A stretch of 9,884 bases of DNA, taken from the IMG/VR virus record IMGVR_UViG_2648501669_000003, positions 1 to 9,884 of that record; one strand, written 5' to 3'. Position 1 is the first letter of the stretch; every line of letters begins with the position of its first letter. The translations under genes and the position numbers were made by a program. The notes beneath the pieces are model-generated. The model saw nothing but the letters and a program-made list of their open reading frames with translations, ran no database searches and was not told the DNA's origin. The stretch is from a virus. Its lineage: Duplodnaviria; Heunggongvirae; Uroviricota; Caudoviricetes. Below are positions 6,781-9,884 of this stretch, in pieces.

Positions 6781-7137
6781 TTATTCAGTTCTGGATTTTG
6801 TCGCCCTGCGTATCCGCGCTTTCGCGTTACGCTCAATCTGAATTAACTTTTCTATATTTTTCCGTCTTTCCTGTTCCTCCTGGCGCAATAGCCTTACATC
6901 ATCTGCCAGTCTGGTTTCTCTTTTCGCCACTGAGAGCATCCAGTCAAACGGCTCCACAACTGCACCGCAGATTTTACAGCGGACCTGACGCTCTTTTTCG
7001 TCAACCCGGACAGAGGCGTGATGGCAATATGGTCTTTCCGATGGCTCATAAAGAAAATTAACCTGATTACGTGGGTCATCCTCTTTTGCCGGAAATAAAA
7101 CAATATTACTTAACTCATCTTCTGGTTTTATTTCCAT
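6781..7137 (-). CDS. Hypothetical protein (118 aa) with zinc-ribbon-like motif and basic coiled-coil tail
   Basis: Start moved from the ORF-track ATG at 7179 to the ATG at 7137, which has a strong AGGAGAGGAG SD immediately upstream. Motif CHH-x14-CKIC, then a Lys/Arg/Glu-rich helical tail. Confidence 0.6.
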   Translation of the reverse strand: MEIKPEDELSNIVLFPAKEDDPRNQVNFLYEPSERPYCHHASVRVDEKERQVRCKICGAVVEPFDWMLSVAKRETRLADDVRLLRQEEQERRKNIEKLIQIERNAKARIRRATKSRTE

Positions 7138-7606
7138 ACTCCTCTCCTTTGATATGAATGCCAGCAACACGTAGTTCATGTTCTAAGTCAGCCAGATAAA
7201 GCCAGCAGCCATTTTCTTTAGGTATCATGACGTGGCGCTCATCATCATTTATCGGATGTCCATATCGAAGGCCGTAGCGAGTCGGCAAATGAACTTCCCG
7301 CGCTTCCAGCTCTTTAATGCGTTCCTCGAGTTCGTAGACTCTGCATTGTTCTTTATCATCAATCAGATATAACCCAAGACATTCGCTTTCTACCCAGCCA
7401 CCGAAATCATGATCGTAACGCTCACACGAAAACTCACCATCGCTGTCCTTTGTTGGAATGGTGTAACTGTCTAATGGGCCGCCATACGTCGGCACATTGC
7501 CCAATTTCGGATGCTCAATCCACATGAAAAATGCACGTCCGGTTATAGGACAAATATCTGGTCGCCATTGGTTACTCACTGTTTGCCTCCTGGAAAATAA
7601 CTGCAT
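7115..7606 (-). CDS. Hypothetical protein (163 aa)
   Basis: The ORF-track start at 7645 is a GTG with no SD, so the ATG at 7606 (GGAG about 10 nt upstream) was chosen. The start is uncertain and overlaps the DUF4406 3' end by 35 nt. No recognised family. Confidence 0.5.
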   Translation of the reverse strand: MQLFSRRQTVSNQWRPDICPITGRAFFMWIEHPKLGNVPTYGGPLDSYTIPTKDSDGEFSCERYDHDFGGWVESECLGLYLIDDKEQCRVYELEERIKELEAREVHLPTRYGLRYGHPINDDERHVMIPKENGCWLYLADLEHELRVAGIHIKGEEYGNKTRR

Positions 7607-7871
7607 GCCCCAGTTTCTCCGCCAGTGCCAGTTCTGCCTTAGCACCTGCTGACCGCTGCCAGCCTTTCAGCATGTAAATCGCATCCACACAACGAATCAT
7701 TGCCATGCAAATATCCATGTAGTGTGGCTGTGTCAGCCCGTCCGGAAGTACTGCCGGGCTTAAGACTGTATGCCCTTCCCGTTTCAGTTCCTCTTCCGCA
7801 TTGTGGAACGCCTCACGGTTGAAATTTTTATACCCGGTCATTGGACCGGCGATATAGACTCTCACCCTCAC
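7572..7871 (-). CDS. DUF4406 / nucleoside 2-deoxyribosyltransferase-like protein
   Basis: 99 aa with GTG start at 7871 overlapping the Ren-like stop (GTGA) and AGGAGG SD 7 nt upstream. N-terminal VYIAGPMTG motif and C-terminal IYMLKGWQRSAGAKAE segment are characteristic of this family. Confidence 0.75.
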   Translation of the reverse strand: MRVRVYIAGPMTGYKNFNREAFHNAEEELKREGHTVLSPAVLPDGLTQPHYMDICMAMIRCVDAIYMLKGWQRSAGAKAELALAEKLGHAVIFQEANSE

Positions 7872-8263
7872 CCCATCACCTCCTGAAAGTTTCCCCGATA
7901 AAACGCCAGCACTCGCTGCATAACCTCACTCTTCCGGCACTCGCGACAGATTATGTTCTGGCTCCTGTCGTAGCGGCGTATCTCTCCGTCTGGTAACTTC
8001 CGAATCAGCGTCTGGTCAGTTGTTTTCTCCGGTGTCTTACGCCATTCACGATACGCCTGCTCTGATGCAAAAACACCGTATTCCCCGGACATGTATAAAT
8101 CACCACAAGCCAGTACATCCACAAGGCAGCGTCGGACCGAATGCCAGCCTGCTCCCGTCGCTCTCTCCAGTTGCGACATCGTCATGCGTCCATTTTTGCG
8201 TACCAATCCGATAATTCGTGCCTTCAGCTCTTCCCGCTGTTCGGGTGTAAAAGGTTTCGCCAT
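7868..8263 (-). CDS. Ren-like protein
   Basis: 131 aa with ATG at 8263 and GGAGGG SD. The C-terminal segment ICRECRKSEVMQRVLAFY resembles my recollection of lambda Ren (FKECRQSAAMKRVLAVY), and the gene sits immediately after the P-like gene, as ren does in lambda. Confidence 0.6.
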   Translation of the reverse strand: MAKPFTPEQREELKARIIGLVRKNGRMTMSQLERATGAGWHSVRRCLVDVLACGDLYMSGEYGVFASEQAYREWRKTPEKTTDQTLIRKLPDGEIRRYDRSQNIICRECRKSEVMQRVLAFYRGNFQEVMG

Positions 8264-8292
8264 AAACCCTCCCGGTAAAATTACTTATCAAC

Positions 8293-8958
8293 TCAAACAA
8301 AACCTGCCGCTTTCCTGCGTTCATATTCCTGTTTCAGCAACTCAATTGGCGTTGGTCCCGCAGGACGTATGGGTGCTGCCAGTTGCCTACGGACGGGTGG
8401 AACACTCAGTCCGTTACCAACATGCTTTGCCCATTTCGCCAGTTGCCGTTCTGCAAGCCGTTTTAACTCCCCTTCGGTCATCTGGCGCTCAATCCCCTTT
8501 GAACGCATCTCGAGACAAATGTGATACAGCACAGGCTGAGACCACGGGTATTTATCGCTTCCGTCGTATCGCCAGGACTCGTTGCGCCAGCGTCGGTACT
8601 CCTCCATCACGTTATCCACCGTCAGACCAAATGGATTTGCCCCGCTCTCCGAAATCAGCGCCACAAACTCAGCCAAGTCCGGAGGCCATGTTTCACCTGC
8701 CCTGCAACGGTCCATGCACTGGCGGCAGACCAGCCGGATTTGCTGCTCAGTCATCGCGCCAATCTGTGCAATCCAGAGCTTCGAAGGTGCGGCCCCGTTC
8801 TTCTGGGTCCAGCGGTTCGAATAAACCTCCCCCATGAGTTCCCACAGCTTCCACGCCGTTTCCGTCGCTGATAAATCCATTTTCACGTTCCCACTGCTCA
8901 CGTGCTGCCCGAATTTCCTGAACTGCCCGTGATGCGGTGCCACCTGGTGCGGCTGCAT
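8293..8958 (-). CDS. Replication protein P-like (DnaB helicase loader); start uncertain
   Basis: The C-terminal 150 aa align by eye to lambda P (PPDLAEFVAL ... YPWSQ ... ELKRLAERQ). ATG at 8958 has a GGGGGTGA SD but makes a 212-nt out-of-frame overlap with the O-like ORF. Alternative in-frame ATGs lie at 8880 and 8754; the latter overlaps the O-like stop by 8 nt. Confidence 0.7.
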   Translation of the reverse strand: MQPHQVAPHHGQFRKFGQHVSSGNVKMDLSATETAWKLWELMGEVYSNRWTQKNGAAPSKLWIAQIGAMTEQQIRLVCRQCMDRCRAGETWPPDLAEFVALISESGANPFGLTVDNVMEEYRRWRNESWRYDGSDKYPWSQPVLYHICLEMRSKGIERQMTEGELKRLAERQLAKWAKHVGNGLSVPPVRRQLAAPIRPAGPTPIELLKQEYERRKAAGFV

Positions 8959-9787
8959 GGCTCACCCCCTTGCTGACTGGTTTAACCTGCGCCCTGACGT
9001 GATTTACGTGACGGGCGAATTTCTGCTCCCACTGAACCTGCGTAAATACTTTCCCCTCCGCTGCCCAGTAGTCCCGGAAGGCGGCAAGTTCAGCAGGTGT
9101 AAATTCCGGCTCCGGCAAAGCCATCCCCCACACCGCAGCCCGTCGTCGAAAATCCCGTGACGGATGCCAGCTATCGGTCATCGGAAATTTTCCGATGGGT
9201 TCGCTCAGGCCATCCAGGAATACGGGTGGCACTGCCTGTAACGACAAAACTTCCTGCTCACTGGTCGGAGCACTCTCGCGTGCATTATGTGTGGGGTTTA
9301 GATCTTTGGGTTCCTTTGGGTTCCGTGATCCGTTTTTGGGTGTCTTTGATGGAAAATTTGGGTGTCTTTGGTTATTTTCCATGCAGCTAAGAGTTCCGTT
9401 TTTGGGGCTGTTTTGTGCTGAAACATAACCATTTTCGGTACTGTTTTTATTAACAGTACCAATTTTACCCACCTTTAAAGACTCCCGTTTTTGGGTGTAT
9501 TCAGGCTCGGCAACGCTTTCTTCTACACCGATAAGTCGGTACACTACGATTTGCTTTGTTCGGCCTTTTCTCTCACCGGTATCAACAATTAACCCAATCT
9601 CCATCAGGTGTCGTAAGCTGTCCTGCACAGTCTTTTTGTTCAGCTCCGTTACTTCTGCCAGTGCAGATACAGACGGGTATGCACACAAATCGGCACCGCA
9701 CATATCAGCAAGCCAGGTCAATACTGACTTACTGGATGAACTGCCGGTTTTCACCTTTTTAGCCCATCGTAGTGCATCGATACTCAT
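8747..9787 (-). CDS. Replication initiator (O-like): N-terminal wHTH DNA-binding domain fused to a DnaT-like C-terminal domain
   Basis: The ORF-track start at 9862 is a TTG, so the ATG at 9787 (MSIDALRWAKK, GGGG upstream) was used. The N-terminus looks like a winged HTH. The C-terminal segment GKFPMTDSWHPSRDFRRRAAVWGMALPEPEFTPAELAAFRDYWAAEGKVFTQVQWEQKFAR matches the C-terminal region of E. coli DnaT as I recall it. The central linker is low-complexity and encoded by the iterons. Confidence 0.75.
   Translation of the reverse strand: MSIDALRWAKKVKTGSSSSKSVLTWLADMCGADLCAYPSVSALAEVTELNKKTVQDSLRHLMEIGLIVDTGERKGRTKQIVVYRLIGVEESVAEPEYTQKRESLKVGKIGTVNKNSTENGYVSAQNSPKNGTLSCMENNQRHPNFPSKTPKNGSRNPKEPKDLNPTHNARESAPTSEQEVLSLQAVPPVFLDGLSEPIGKFPMTDSWHPSRDFRRRAAVWGMALPEPEFTPAELAAFRDYWAAEGKVFTQVQWEQKFARHVNHVRAQVKPVSKGVSHAAAPGGTASRAVQEIRAAREQWERENGFISDGNGVEAVGTHGGGLFEPLDPEERGRTFEALDCTDWRDD
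9304..9499. repeat. Iteron array (putative phage replication origin) embedded in the initiator gene
   Basis: Direct repeats: ctttgggttc twice in tandem (9304-9313, 9314-9323); ccgtttttggg at 9330-9340, 9396-9406 and 9485-9495; tttgggtgtctttg at 9335-9348 and 9357-9370. An AT-rich block follows at about 9410-9480. This is analogous to ori-lambda inside gene O. Confidence 0.6.
9437..9460. repeat. 9-bp inverted repeat with 6-bp spacer inside the AT-rich part of the putative origin
   Basis: ggtactgtt-tttatt-aacagtacc; a perfect palindrome in the AT-rich segment. Confidence 0.4.
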
Positions 9788-9884
9788 ACGAACCCCTGGC
9801 AGACATTTGTTTATCTGCAAAGTAATATTGGTATTGCTGACGATACGCACGCTTGAAAGCAATGGCTTTTTCTATAAGCTCGTC
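9759..9884 (-). CDS. Partial CDS: C-terminal about 41 codons of an upstream gene, truncated by the window edge
   Basis: Minus-strand frame open from the window edge to TAA at 9759-9761 (DELIEKAIAFKRAYRQQYQYYFADKQMSARGSYEYRCTTMG). It has more G-initial codons than the alternative TTG-extended O frame and overlaps the O-like start by 29 nt. Identity unknown. Confidence 0.3.
   Translation of the reverse strand, partial: DELIEKAIAFKRAYRQQYQYYFADKQMSARGSYEYRCTTMG

Noticed and set aside
2841-8324. Nested minus-strand ORFs in alternative frames (2841-3110, 3178-3393, 6010-6192, 6894-7103, 8100-8324)
   Set aside because: They are entirely contained in, or substantially overlap, stronger genes on the same strand in another frame; no SD; compositionally odd.
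9304-9499. Short direct repeats that could be mistaken for a CRISPR array
   Set aside because: Repeat units are only 10-14 bp, irregularly spaced, lie inside a coding sequence and are followed by an AT-rich block, which is the signature of replication-origin iterons; no cas genes.
405-9762. All plus-strand ORFs in the track (405-623, 691-1062, 1594-1809, 1927-2265, 2262-2456, 2437-2700, 2708-3046, 3408-3824, 5051-5473, 5337-5627, 6295-6540, 6708-7061, 8020-8214, 8091-8837, 8521-8871, 8582-8824, 8957-9160, 9157-9390, 9195-9428, 9556-9762)
   Set aside because: Each lies antisense to a well-supported minus-strand gene, lacks a convincing RBS, and has a skewed Pro/Ser/Arg/Cys-rich composition typical of shadow ORFs. 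The 248-aa ORF at 8091-8837 is antisense to the Ren-like and P-like genes.
1206-9862. N-terminal extensions in the ORF track using TTG or unsupported starts (1541, 6355, 7179, 7645, 9862)
   Set aside because: The extended starts are TTG or GTG without SD and run into upstream genes or terminators; downstream ATGs with Shine-Dalgarno motifs fit better.

Overview
The window reads as the early-right / nin / late-regulatory segment of a lambdoid (Qin-like) enterobacterial prophage. Every supportable gene is on the minus strand, tightly packed, with many overlapping stop/start junctions. In transcription order (right to left): a partial upstream gene; an O-like replication initiator (wHTH N-terminus, DnaT-like C-terminus) with an iteron/AT-rich origin embedded in its linker; a lambda-P-like helicase loader; a Ren-like protein; a DUF4406 protein; a run of small hypothetical proteins, several Cys-rich; a co-transcribed pair of acidic paralogous proteins of unknown function; a hok/mok type I toxin locus with its own promoter, long-range 5'/3' complementarity and terminator; a 90-aa ORF; a DUF968/HNH-like protein; RusA resolvase; a Q-like antiterminator; a tR'-like terminator; a small HTH ORF with its own terminator; and an orphan beta-class DNA methyltransferase. 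No rRNA, tRNA, CRISPR array or transposase was found. The most interesting candidate for an undescribed system is the paralogous acidic gene pair (4501-5670) sitting directly upstream of the hok locus, where E. coli K-12 Qin carries relBE. All family assignments are from motif recognition and recall without database searches; start codons were chosen by reading Shine-Dalgarno context by eye.
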